64,000 nt of DNA from positions 50,159 to 114,158 of the forward strand of contig CAWJTV010000032.1 of NCBI GenBank assembly GCA_963845755.1. Reading direction: 5' to 3'. This document shows, in pieces, positions 1 through 10,807 of the stretch; position 1 is the first letter of the stretch; every line of letters starts with the position of its first letter. The position numbers were made by a program, and so were the translations under genes. The stretch is from an uncultured Planctomycetota bacterium. GTDB taxonomy: Bacteria; Planctomycetota; Planctomycetia; Isosphaerales; Isosphaeraceae. The notes under the pieces are model-generated. The model saw nothing but the letters and a program-made list of their open reading frames with translations. It made no database searches and was not told the DNA's origin.

Positions 1-1166
1 GAAGATCACGAGCGTGTCTTCGAGCAGGCCACTCTGCTTGAGGTCGCCCAGGAGCGCCGCGATCGGCTTGTCCACCTCCTCCATTTTCTTCTTGAGGATG
101 ACGGGGATATCGGCGTGGTGGTCCCAACCGCCATCCATGAGCTGGATGAAACGGACGCCGCGCTCGGCCAGTCGCCGGGCCAGGAGGCAGTTGTTGGCGA
201 AGCTCTCCTTGCCGGGCTCCGCGCCGTATTGCTCGAGCACCTCGGCGGGCTCCTTCGAGAGATCGGTCAATTCGGGCACGCTCGTCTGCATGCGAGCCGC
301 CATCTCATAGGCGTGAATGCGGGCCGTCACTTCCGGATCGCCGGTCGTTGCGGCCTCGCGCTCGTTCAGTGCCTTGACGGTATCGAGGATCCGCCGCCGC
401 GTCCTGGCGTCGATTCCTTCGGGGTTCGACACGAAGAAGACCGGCTCCTTTCCGCTGCGGAACGGGCAGCCCTGATGGCGTCCCGGCAGGTAACCGTTGT
501 GCCACATGCGCGGGTGCGGCGGAGAGCCGCCGTCGCGCGTCCCCGAGAGCATCACCACGAACTCCGGGAGGTCCTGGTTCTCGGTCCCGAGGGCGTAGGT
601 CACCCAGGAGCCCCACGACGGCCGGCCGAGCTGCATCGTTCCGGTGAACAGGATCGACATCGCGGCCTCATGCAGCACGTGGTCGGTCTGCATGGAGCGC
701 ACCAGGCAGATGTCGTCGGCGAACGCACCCATCTCCCGGAAGAGCTCGGAAATGCGGAGGCCGCTCTTGCCGTGGGGCTTGAACTGGAAACACGAACCGA
801 CCACCGGGAGTGCTCCCTGCTTTTCGGTGACTCCGGTGATGCGCTGCCCTTGCGCACCGAGTCGGGGAGCTCCTCGCCGCGGCGCTTGTTGAGCAGCGGT
901 TTCTCGTCGAAGAGGTCGAGCTGCGAGAGGCCGCCCGCCGCAAAGATCATAATGACGCGCTTTGCGGTGGCACCCCCGAGTTTGTAGGTCGGCGCGTCCT
1001 CGCCGGGTGCCCGCGAGGATCCTTCGCCAGCGCCGGCCAGGCTGCGTCGAGCCATCAGGCTCGAGAGTGCAATGGAGCCGAGGCTCAGCGCGCTCGTGCC
1101 GAGGAACGCCCGCCGCGCGAGATCAGTGCTGGCAACGATTCTGGGGCTCGGAGGAGTTTCGTTCAT
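1..1166 (-). CDS. DUF1501 domain-containing protein (Tat-type signal); frameshifted near 850 and runs off the window start
   Basis: N-terminus ARRAFLGTSALSLG and motif AKRVIMIFAAGGLSQLDLFDEKP; continues in another frame (SMQTDHVLHEAA...GRPSWGSWVTYALG); lies downstream of a PSD1 gene. Confidence 0.85.
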
Positions 1167-1230
1167 AGCTTCAACCTTGGGGTGCTGGAAACCTCGTCAC
1201 TATCCGAGAAAGGCTTCTGGCCTCTGTTGT

Positions 1231-1286
1231 GTGGGTGAAACCCATTAAGATCGGGGCCGTTTCCTGGTGGGTTTCACCGACCCTAC
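1231..1286. repeat. GTAG-type REP-like inverted repeat
   Basis: gtgggtgaaacccat (1231-1245) pairs with gtgggtttcaccgaccctac (1267-1286); intergenic. Confidence 0.65.
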
Positions 1287-1324
1287 TCGATTCTTGGACA
1301 GCTTCTTCGTTCATGGGATGGTTG

Positions 1325-4300
1325 TCAGCGGTGGATCGTGGCGTCGAGATTGATGAGCGCGCTGCCGACGCATGCCCAGGCCGCCACCTCGGCGGCATCG
1401 AGCGTGTCGTCGATTTTCGCGTCACCCACACCGAGGAGTTTTTTCGCGGCATCGGTGTCGGCCTTGAACTGCGCGCGCTGCTCGTCGAGGAGCTTCCGCA
1501 GGATCTGCGCCTCCGACTCGCTCGGGTCACGGGACGTGCAGAGGCGGAACCCGTAGGCGAGGCGCTTCGCCTCTTCCTCGGGCTTCTTCAGATTGCGGGC
1601 GCGGCGGATGGCTTCCCGGTCCTTGAGCATCCTCTGCCCGAGCATCTTCGCGCACTCGACATAGGCCGGATCGTTGAGCAGCGTGAGCGCCTGGACGGGG
1701 GTCGTTGTGGTGGCGCGCGTCACGGTGCAACTGTCTCGCTTGACCGCGTCGAAGTTGAGCATGGACGGATAGGGCGACCCGCGTTTCCAGTAGACGTAGA
1801 GCGCGCGCCGGTACTGCCTCTCGTCGCCGTGACGTCGATAGTTGGACATGAAACCCTCGACCATCTTCCAGGCGTTCTTGGGCTGCACCGGCTTGACGCT
1901 CTCGCCGCCGATCTTTTCGACGAGGAGCCCCGAGACCGCGAGCGCATTGTCCCGGACCATCTCGGCGGACAAGCGGAGCCGTGGACCGCGGGCGAGGAGG
2001 CGGTTTTCCGGGTCGCGATCGAGCTTGGCTTTCGAAGTCGTCGACGCCTGGCGATAGGTCGCCGATAACACGATTCGCCTGTGGAGCTTCTTCAGGTCCC
2101 ATTGGCTGTCGACCAGCTCGGTGGCGAGATCGTCGAGGAGTTCGGGATGCGTGGGGAGCTCGCCCCGGGTGCCGAAGTCCTCGGCCGTCCTGACGATTCC
2201 GACCCCGAAATATTGCTTCCAGATGCGGTTGACCAGGACGCGCGCGGTCAACGGATGCTGTCGGGAAACGAGCCACTGCGCGAGCCCCAGCCGGTTGCGC
2301 GGCGCCCCCTTTGCCATCGGAGGTAGCACCGCAGGGGTCGCCGGATTGACGTTCTCGCCGCGATTCTTGTACAGGCCGCGCTTGAAGATATACGCCTGGC
2401 GCGGCTTCGCGAGCTCCTCCATGACGAGCGTCTGGGGGAGTCGCCGTTTGACGAGCTTCTCCTCGTCCTTGAGCTGGGAAAGTTCCTCGGCGATGATGCG
2501 CCCGACGGGGTCGATGTGAGACCGATAGAATTCGCGCAGCACTTTCTTCCGCCGCTCCGACGGCGAAAGCTTGTTCTCCTCCTCGGAGGACTTGAGCGGG
2601 GCGGATTTCTCACCGACAAGGCTGACCTTCATCGGCGCACCCGGCTTCGCGGAACTCTTAGTGTCGTCGCCCGCGCTCGAGGCGGCTGGCGCGGCCGCCC
2701 CGGTCGGGGCGGTTTTGCTCGCCGTCTTGGATGGCGACGCGGCGGGAGTAGAAGCGGAGGCAATGGCGCCGGGGCGTGCTCCCGCGACGGGTTTCAGGGC
2801 CTCGAGGCGAAGGGCCGTCGCGACCTCATGAGTCAGGACGTCGTCGCCCTCCGGCGTGATCTCGAACGTAAACGAGTCGCCGCCAGCGGGCCCGCCGCCC
2901 ATCGCACCGCCGGCCGGGAAGCCGCGACGGCCGTTGGGGCTCGCACCGTCGCCGTACACGGCCTTCACGACGATCTCGTTTTCACCCTGGCGGAGGCCGA
3001 TCCGGAACTTTTTCTCCGGATGGTTCTGGCCGCGCCCATCGTTTCAGCAAGGTCATCGTCGTTGATTTCGGGGACGACTGGCGCCTCCTTATCGTCTTCG
3101 GCCTTCTCGTCCTTCTTCGCGTCCGGGCCGTTCCCCGCGCCGGGGTCTTGGCGTCAGCTCCCTTGGGGGGAGCCGCGGGCGGCGGCGGAAGCGCGGTCTG
3201 TGCCAGCTCTCCGTTGACCCACATCCGGAAGCCCGCCGGTCCGCCAAGTTGCACGATCGCGGTGCGGGGGCGCGTTGAGACGATCTTGCGTGTGAGGTAG
3301 TAAGCGGAGTTGGCTCCCTGAAGGCGTGCCGCGGTGCCATCGCGCCACTTACGCTGCTCGGTCCAGGTGATCTTCTCGGGCTTTGGCTTGACCGCGCCGG
3401 CCTTGGCGGCTTCGGGCTTCGCTTCCGGCTTGACGTCCTTGGTCGCTTCGGTCCCGGGCTTTTCCGCAGCCCCGACGGCGTTCCCCTTGATCTCCTTGCC
3501 CCCATCGGGGCCTGGCTTGCCCGTCGGCTCGGGTTTCGGAGCCTCGCCCACGCCCGCACCGGCCGGCTTCTTCCCAGTCTCGCCGGCATCCTTCTTGGTC
3601 GCGGGTTTTCCATCGCCTGGAGATGCTGCGGGAGCGTCACCGATTTTGCCGCCGCCGGTCTGCCGCGAGGCGGCTTTGGCGGGCGCCGGGTCCTCTTTCT
3701 TGGCAGGGGTTTTGTCTCCGGCCGGCTTCGCGGGCGTGGCGGCGGGCGCTGGCTTCTCGGCGCCGTCCTTGCTCGCGGGCGGGAGCACGACCTTGGTGTA
3801 ACTCTTCTTCAGGTCAAGCGGCTCATCTTTGATGTCCTTCTCGGGCTCGAATGCCCTCGTGTAGGCTTTCGCGACGTCCTCTGCGGGAAATGGCCCGATC
3901 GAGCTCCAGAGCTTGGACAGTGCGGGCAGCATCAGCTCGCGGATGCGATCGTCCTGGGTGTAACTGATGCGGAAGCGGCCGATCAGGCTCTTGAACTTGG
4001 CGGCCGACGTCTGGTGCAGCGAGAAGCGAAGCACCGACGCCTCGTTCGTGTCGAGCGGTTCGAGTGGGAGGAAGATCGCTTCGTGGGGCTTCTTGCGTTC
4101 GTCGTCGACGATGCTCCAGCCGCCATACCCTCGACCCCCGAACGCCCCGCCGCCGCCCACGGGCTCGATGACGATCGCCGATTCAATCGACCCCGGCACC
4201 ATGTCGTACGGGTCGGGGTCTTCCCTGAGCTTCTGGTTGATGTCGGCCTCGGCACGCGCGACGTAGACGAGCGGCGGTTCCTGGCTCTCGGAGATCGTCG

Positions 4301-5873
4301 TGTTGCGAATCTCGATCGTCGACAAGATGAAGCGGCCGTCGGAGGCGCGCCCCAACCCTTTTTCCGGGGTGCTGTCATCGGGCAAGACCTCGAGCCGCAG
4401 GGCCGTGATGCGCTTCTTCCCGGGGAGCAGCATGATGTCGTAGGTGTCCTTGACCGGCGCCGGGCCGGTCGACAGGATCGAGCCGTCGTCGAGGGGCTTC
4501 AACTGCGACCCGCCTCGCGAGAGCATCCCCGAGAGCGGCGCCGTCGTCCACTCGATCGGTTTGCCGAGCCTGGCGAGCGTCTTGCGCTCCCATTCCTTCT
4601 GGGCCGCGTCCGTCGGAGAGTCATCGTGCTCGAGTCGCTGCTTCAGCGCGTCGATGCGCGCCTTCAGATCGGCGAGCCTCGGCTCTTGATCGGGGTTCGG
4701 GACGGGAATCGACGGCCGCGGGTTCAGGTACTCGGAGTCGCGCTCCTTGATGTTGTTGAAGAACGCATAGAAGGAGTAGTAATCCCGCTGGCTGATCGGG
4801 TCGTACTTGTGGTCGTGGCACTGGGCGCACGCGAGCGTGACTCCCATGAAGACCGTGGCCGTCGTGTTCACGCGGTCCACCACGTAGGCGGAGCGGTATT
4901 CATCCTCTTCCTCGCCCGCCTCGCTGTTGGTGGGGTGATTGCGGTTGAAACCGGTAGCGACCTTCTGCGCGAGCGTCGCGTGGGGAAGGAGATCGCCCGC
5001 GAGCTGCTCGATCGTGAACCGATCGAACGGCATGTTCGCGTTGAAGGCGTTGATGACCCACTCGCGCCATTTCCAGATTTCGCGGGGCATGTCGATCTGG
5101 TAGCCGCTCGTGTCCGCGTACCGGGCGAGGTCGAGCCACTCTTGCGCCTGGCGCTCACCATAGCGTTTCGACTTCAAGAGACGATCCACCTGCGTCTCGA
5201 ACGCGTCGGGACGCTTGTCGGTCAGGAACGCGTCGATCTCCGCGGGTGTCGGCGGAAGCCCGGTGAGGTCGAAGCTCGCGCGGCGAAGCCACGCTTCGCG
5301 GGTCGCTTCCGCTTCCGGCTTCAGATGTTCGCGATCCAGCCGCGCCAGCACGAAGGCGTCGAGCGGATCGCGCACCCACGCCTTGTCGGAGACCTTGGGG
5401 AGCGCCGGCTTCTTCGGCGGGAGGAATGACCAGTGATCTTCCCAAGGGGCGCCCTGCTCGATCCACGTCTTCAAGGTCGCGATCTGCTTCTTCGTGAGCG
5501 GCTCCGTCGTTCCTTCGGGCGGCATCCGCTCGTCGTCGTCATCGGCGGTAATCCTCTCCCAGGCGAGCGAGCCTTGCAGGTCTCCCGGAGCGATCGCGTG
5601 CCTGCCCGCGCGCCCGGCGAAGGCCATGTCCTTCAGATCGAGGCGAAGCTTTCCCTTGCGCGTCGCCTCGTCGGGCCCGTGGCACTGGAAGCAATGCTGC
5701 GCCAGGATCGGGCGGACCTCTTTCAGGAAGCCGACCGTGCGATGCTCGGCGCCTGCGGCCTTGTCATTGGCGAAAGCGTCGCCCAATCGCCCCGAGCCGG
5801 GAGCCAAGGCCAGGACTGTGAGCATCAACGCGCCCGCGACCAGGGGCCACCGACGCCGGAAGAAGATCCACAT
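1325..5873 (-). CDS. Planctomycete cytochrome C / DUF1549 / DUF1553 (PSD1) protein, split by frameshifts near 2970-3130
   Basis: [18 protein letters not shown] and CAQCHDHKYDP in ORF 2982..5873; HPLTARVLVNRIW, HPELLDDLA and QALTLLND in ORF 1325..2968. Confidence 0.9.
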
Positions 5874-6154
5874 TGTGAAACCTCAATGGGCCAATCCTGC
5901 TTGGCTGTGCCGAGCGACCTCGGACGAATCCGCGTTCGCTTCGCCCGCAGTCCCCGGTATGGACTTGCCGTGGCGCGATCGTTCGAGGGAGCCGAGGACC
6001 GCGGTCGATCATCGGCGTACCCGGTTCCGACGTCGCGAACCGTCTGTCGCGGGGGGGGCGTGACGACGGCCTACAGGGTGCACGTTTCCTCTTTTAGAGC
6101 TGCCAAGACAACTCGACCTCTCACGTCTCTCGACTTCGTTCCCTCAAAGATTTC

Positions 6155-6251
6155 AACCACGAAATGCACGAAATCCACGAAAACTAGAGGGGCGAGACGA
6201 ATTGGAAAACCAAATTCTGATCCTCTTTCCTCTTTCGTGTATTTCGTGGTT
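6155..6251. repeat. CACGAA-type palindromic repeat (REP-like)
   Basis: aaccacgaaatgcacgaaa (6155-6173) and tttcgtgtatttcgtggtt (6233-6251) form an 18/19 inverted repeat. Confidence 0.7.
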
Positions 6252-6554
6252 AATCTAGGGACGCTCATGGGCGATCCGAGCGACGGTATGGCTCGGAATA
6301 TTCCGGCGTACTCGTACACGCGCCGAACCGGGGGAAAACCAGGTCTTCCCGCGATAGCCGACAATTGTAAAATATCGATCGCGCGATTGGCAAGTGTGCT
6401 GGAACGCGCGCCTTACCGTGTCTCGACCCGTGAACGCCGACTTTCCGGTCGATCGTCTCTCGAAGTCGGCGCTGAATTCCTCGACCTCTGCCGCTTTGCG
6501 GGGCAGGAGTCGGTGCCTCCAGCTCCGTTGTCCATCCCGGGTTTTTCGGAATGG

Positions 6555-7163
6555 CTAGGAATCCTGTTCCGGCCCGGAGGAATCGCGGCCCGCGATCTCG
6601 ACGCGGAGCCAGGCCCGGGAATACGCCCAGTAGCGGTCGGCCGTGGAGGTCGACAGGCCGAGGACTTCGGCGGCCTCGGCGAGGGTCAAGCCGGCGAAGA
6701 CGCGGAGTTGTACCAGTTCCGCCTTGACCCGGTCCTTCTCGGCCAGCCGCCCAAGGGCCTCGTCGAGGGCCAGCAGGTCGTCGTCGGTCTCGGGCGTGGC
6801 CGGCTCGGCGTCGTCGAGGTTCACCCGGGTATGGTTGCCCCCGCGCTTGAGCCGGCCGCGACGGCGGGCGTTCTCGACCAGGATCCGTCGCATGGCCTCG
6901 GCCGCCGCGGCGAAGAAGTGACCGCGACCGTCCCAGGGCCGATCCGGATTGCCGCCGACCAGTCGCAGGTACGCCTCATGGACGAGGGCCGTGGCCTGGA
7001 GGGTCTGCCCGGGGGCCTCCCGCGCCAGCCGTTGCGCGGCCAGCCGCCGCAGCTCGTCGTAGACCAGCGGCAGCAGCTCCCGAGCCGGTCGCGGATCGCC
7101 TGACAGGCGATCTTCCGCAATGCGAGCATCCTCACCATGATCGTCTTCAATGGCTGCCGTCAT
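6555..7163 (-). CDS. ECF RNA polymerase sigma factor (planctomycete TIGR02999-like)
   Basis: LLPLVYDELRRLAA...TLQATALVHEAYLRL...FFAAAAEAMRRILVENAR...W..SRAWL. Confidence 0.9.
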   Translation of the reverse strand: MTAAIEDDHGEDARIAEDRLSGDPRPARELLPLVYDELRRLAAQRLAREAPGQTLQATALVHEAYLRLVGGNPDRPWDGRGHFFAAAAEAMRRILVENARRRGRLKRGGNHTRVNLDDAEPATPETDDDLLALDEALGRLAEKDRVKAELVQLRVFAGLTLAEAAEVLGLSTSTADRYWAYSRAWLRVEIAGRDSSGPEQDS

Positions 7164-7246
7164 GGGCGATCCCCATGGTTGTAGTCGGAACCCGGCCGAT
7201 CCGGCGTCACGACCGTTCGGCCGCACCGCAGCACACGCAATTCGGC

Positions 7247-8371
7247 TCAGCCCGCCACTTTACGCATCACCCCTTCGAGCGGGCCGTGCCGAAATCGGCG
7301 CTTCCACAGCCATGATAAGAATACGGCCGCCGCGAAGAAAGTGATCCCGCAGGCTTGGGCCACGGGCAGTGGTTGGCTGGTCAACAATCCCGCAGCGTTG
7401 ACCGATCCCAGGCCGAAGATGATGTGAAAGAAGTACCATGTGAGCGCCATCTGACCCATGGCGACCAGCGGACCGAGCCACGGGGCGGATGGCCATGCGT
7501 CGGCCACGCGGACGCACAGCGCGATGATGGCGACCGCCGACCCGCCGCTCGACAGCAAGAACAGCGGCAGTGGCGGCATGGACTCGGTGCCGAACAGCGC
7601 CTTGATCGTCTCATCATCCATTCCGTAAGGATGTGCGCGGAAGTAACCGACGCACCACCAGGAGATCAACTCGGCCAGGACGGCCGTGCCCACCGCGATC
7701 AGGACGAACCGCGTGTTCGTCGCGCGGTCCCGCAGGTCGCGCCGGCCCAGCCACACTCCGAAGATCAGCAAGCCGGTCCAGGGGAAGACGCTCCGGAACC
7801 CGTCGTAGAAGAGGTTGCGGACCACGCCTTGGGCAGTCCACAGGCGATGGTATGTCATGGTGGACCAATCCCAGTTCTTCTCGTAATCCACTACCAGCAG
7901 CAGGAGCATGAAACCGACGACGAATCCCAGCGCGACGGCCAGCAGCTTCCGGTCCGTCGCCGCGATCAACCCGGAGGCCACGATCAGCGACACGCCATAG
8001 ATTCGCAGGATATCTCCCTGCCAGATCAGCAGGTTCAGGTAGCCGATGGCGAAGAGAAAGTACCCGCGACGAATGAGGTTCTCCCTCGCCGGGCTGATCG
8101 CGCGGGGATCGCGCGCGCCCACCGCCCGGCGCGACATCAGGGTCACGCCGATTCCCGCGAGGATGACGAACGTCGCGGCCGGCCGGCCGTCGAGCCGGCG
8201 CATGATCCCCGCCGCCCAGGCTGGATGCTTCGGATCGGTCAACATCACCAGGCCGAAATGGACGACGATCATGCCCAGCATCGCGAACGACCGGGCCAGA
8301 TCATAGCCCAGGATCCGCTCATCCGCCTTTCTTGCCGGCTTGCGTCCTCGTTCGACGGCGACAGACGTCAT
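7247..8371 (-). CDS. DUF418 family membrane protein
   Basis: RILGYDLARSFAMLGM N-terminus, many TM segments, GQMALTWY and GPLE C-terminal motifs. Confidence 0.8.
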   Translation of the reverse strand: MTSVAVERGRKPARKADERILGYDLARSFAMLGMIVVHFGLVMLTDPKHPAWAAGIMRRLDGRPAATFVILAGIGVTLMSRRAVGARDPRAISPARENLIRRGYFLFAIGYLNLLIWQGDILRIYGVSLIVASGLIAATDRKLLAVALGFVVGFMLLLLVVDYEKNWDWSTMTYHRLWTAQGVVRNLFYDGFRSVFPWTGLLIFGVWLGRRDLRDRATNTRFVLIAVGTAVLAELISWWCVGYFRAHPYGMDDETIKALFGTESMPPLPLFLLSSGGSAVAIIALCVRVADAWPSAPWLGPLVAMGQMALTWYFFHIIFGLGSVNAAGLLTSQPLPVAQACGITFFAAAVFLSWLWKRRFRHGPLEGVMRKVAG

Positions 8372-8592
8372 GAAAGTCACCCGCCTCTTGATGATAGGGA
8401 ATACGATATACCCGAGGGATTGCTCGCCGATAAGTTACCGGATTCTGCATTTAAACGGCAGGAGGGACCAGCGCGGCAGTCTGGATCCTCCCAAGGGCCG
8501 CCCCCGATGCCTGACTTGAGCTTCACCCTCGCGGTCCTTACAATCCATGGTGAAAGCCCAAGTTACCTCCACTCATCGGAAGAATCGACGCA

Positions 8593-9150
8593 ATGGGAAC
8601 ACCCATGGCCTTCCGCTTCAGGTCGCTCAAAACCACTCAAGCCGCGGCGATGCTTCTCGCCTTGGACGGCAACTCGATGGATCGTATGCGACTGCTCAAG
8701 CTCATGTATATCGCCGATCGGGAGTTGCTCGCCGAATCGGGCCGCACGCTCACGGGCGATCGGGCCGTGGCCATGAGGAACGGCCCCGTTCTGAGCCGCA
8801 TTTACGACCTCATCAAAGGAATCGAGGTCTCACCGGAAGACTGGGGGCGATACCTTCGATCGGAAGGGTACAAGGTCGTGCTCCTGGGAGATCCCGGCCG
8901 TGGAGAGCTGACGAAGAGGGAGATCGAAAAACTGCACGACGTGACCGAACGGTATCGCTCGGTCACGACGCCGGCTCTCTCGGCTCATACTCACAGGTTT
9001 CCCGAATGGACCAAGAATTATCAGGCCGGCACATCGTCGCCGATTCCCTGGCGGGATGCCTTGGCAGCGACCGGTCACGCGGACAAAGCAGAAACCATCG
9101 AGAAGCGGCTCGAGGAACAAAACCTGATCGATTTGATCTTCGGAGCTTGA
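8593..9150 (+). CDS. Panacea/SocA (DUF4065) antitoxin-family protein
   Basis: LLKLMYIADRE...TGD..VAM.NGPVLSRIYDLIKG and H.FPEW motifs. Confidence 0.85.
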   Translation: MGTPMAFRFRSLKTTQAAAMLLALDGNSMDRMRLLKLMYIADRELLAESGRTLTGDRAVAMRNGPVLSRIYDLIKGIEVSPEDWGRYLRSEGYKVVLLGDPGRGELTKREIEKLHDVTERYRSVTTPALSAHTHRFPEWTKNYQAGTSSPIPWRDALAATGHADKAETIEKRLEEQNLIDLIFGA

Positions 9151-9154
9151 ATCC

Positions 9155-9529
9155 ATGAAGGCGGGGGACACCTTCCGGTTGCAAGGCGTAGCCGACCGCC
9201 ACACGTGGGTGATCATTTCCGACCCGGAGATTGATGATCGGTGCGTGCTCCTCGTCAGTTTCACCGGCTATTATCCGAGCATGGACCCCGCTTGCATCGT
9301 CGAGATTGAGGAGTTCTCGATCCTCGACAAAAGGACCTCGCATCTATTATGAGGACATCAAAGAAGCGTCCGTGGCGGCCCTCGACGCACTCCAAATGCC
9401 GGGAAGATCCAAAAGCGAACGCCAGTGTCCCCGGAGTTGCTGTCAAGAATCCGCGATGGAGTTTCCCTGACTCGTGACATTCAGGCCAAGCACATCGATT
9501 TTCTGATCAATCAGGGCGTGATTGAATGA
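9155..9529 (+). CDS. Putative toxin partner of the Panacea protein (PemK/MazF-like hypothetical), frameshifted
   Basis: Starts 4 nt after the Panacea stop; MKAGDTF...HTWVIISD...VLLVSFT; continues in other frames (IYYEDIKEAS...PELLSRIRDG...FLINQGVIE*). Confidence 0.55.
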
Positions 9530-9637
9530 GGTTCGGCGGGGGTCTCTTGCACGGGGTTTTATCGTGTGGCCGATGCGTTCGGAAGAATTGCGTCGTCGCA
9601 GCCCCCTCGGCAAATCGCGATGCGATTCGGATCGGAC

Positions 9638-9826
9638 TCAAGCCCCGTCCGACCTGGCCGTTGCTCGGGCTTCGAAACCTGCGAGATTCTTCCTTGAGCT
9701 GATTCACGGGCTTCTTGAGCGAGCCGAGTCAATTCCCGCGTCCGCGGATTCGCGACCGGCTCAGCGTCACCCACATCTGAAGCTTTCTACGCGTGTTCTC
9801 GAGTTGTCGCAAACTTGAATGCTCAT
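9638..9826 (-). pseudogene. Small helical protein coupled to the DUF6932 gene, with multiple indels
   Basis: ATG overlaps the upstream TGA (ATGA); fragments LRQLENTRRKLQ...RTRELTRL...NQLKEE..RFEAR. Confidence 0.4.
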
Positions 9827-10223
9827 AGGAGGACCTCAATGAGACCCTTACGTGTGCCGTAACGATCGGTAGCGAAAAAGTGGTCCACAAGCATCGTGAA
9901 GTCGGTGGGTTCCACCAGTTGCAGATCGAGAAAGGGGAGTCCGTCGGTGATTTCACTGAGTGCGACGTCGTTGTGCGGACATTCCGGCAGCAATCAAAAG
10001 AACACAATCGATGTCGTTTGGCTCGAAGACTTCCGTGACGAAGCTACCGTCGATGACCAACCGTTGGACGCCCGCGTGCTCGCCAGGTCCAGCCAACCAC
10101 CGGAGCGACTCCATTTGCACCTGCGCAGCTCCGACTCGACGCCCACCGCGATTCGATCTCATCCAGCGTGGCCGGGTGAATGCCCGGTGGTAAGTATCCA
10201 TGGTCCTCAAACGGTGGGATCAT
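9823..10223 (-). pseudogene. DUF6932-like nucleotidyltransferase-fold protein, multiply frameshifted
   Basis: MIPPFEDHGYLPPGIHPATLDEI then RLVIDGSFVTEVFEPNDIDCVLL (GS..D-x-D), ending KGLIEVLL*. Confidence 0.65.
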
Positions 10224-10296
10224 GTCGATTCGTCGTGTGATGGTTTGGTATCAATCCTGCTCTGGACAGTTTAACAGGCCCTAGCCTCGCCCGCCA

Positions 10297-10345
10297 TTCG
10301 ATTCGAATCGAAGGTGTTGCAATCCTTCGACCAATCGACTAGACT
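10297..10345 (+). promoter_or_regulatory. Sigma70-like promoter with upstream palindrome for the blaI-like operon
   Basis: TTGCAA (10317-10322), 17-bp spacer, TAGACT (10340-10345); perfect palindrome TTCGATTCGAATCGAA at 10297-10312. Confidence 0.6.
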
Positions 10346-10390
10346 TCTCGTCGTTCGAGTCAAACCTTCATCCGAAGCGGCTGGTGGAGT

Positions 10391-10807
10391 ATGGAAAAGA
10401 GGGACGAGTCGGCCGAGTCGTTGACGCCGGCCGAATGGAAGGTGATGAAGATCGTCTGGCGGCGGAAGGCGTGCGCGGCGCGGGATGTCTACGAGGAGGC
10501 CGGGCGGTCGCTCGGCTGGGCCCCGACGACGGCGAAATCGGTGCTCCGCCGCCTGGTCGAGAAGGGACATCTGACGACGACGCAGGTGGGCAACAGCTTC
10601 CTGTATCAGCCCGCGGCCTCGGCCGTGAAGTCGCTGCTCGCGGCGGCCGATGCGCTGCTGGACAACGTGCTGGAGGGCACCACGGGGCTGGTCCTGTCCC
10701 ATCTGGTCGAGAAGAGCCGGCTCTCGGACGACGAGCTGGCGAAGCTCCGCGCCCTGCTGGAGGCCCGGACCTCGGAGGCGAAGAAGAAAGGGAGGACCTC
10801 GCGATGA
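10391..10807 (+). CDS. BlaI/MecI/CopY family transcriptional regulator
   Basis: LTPAEWKVMKIVW...WAPTTAKSVLRRLVEKGHL...LSDDELAKLRALL; overlaps the start of the M56 gene. Confidence 0.92.
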   Translation: MEKRDESAESLTPAEWKVMKIVWRRKACAARDVYEEAGRSLGWAPTTAKSVLRRLVEKGHLTTTQVGNSFLYQPAASAVKSLLAAADALLDNVLEGTTGLVLSHLVEKSRLSDDELAKLRALLEARTSEAKKKGRTSR

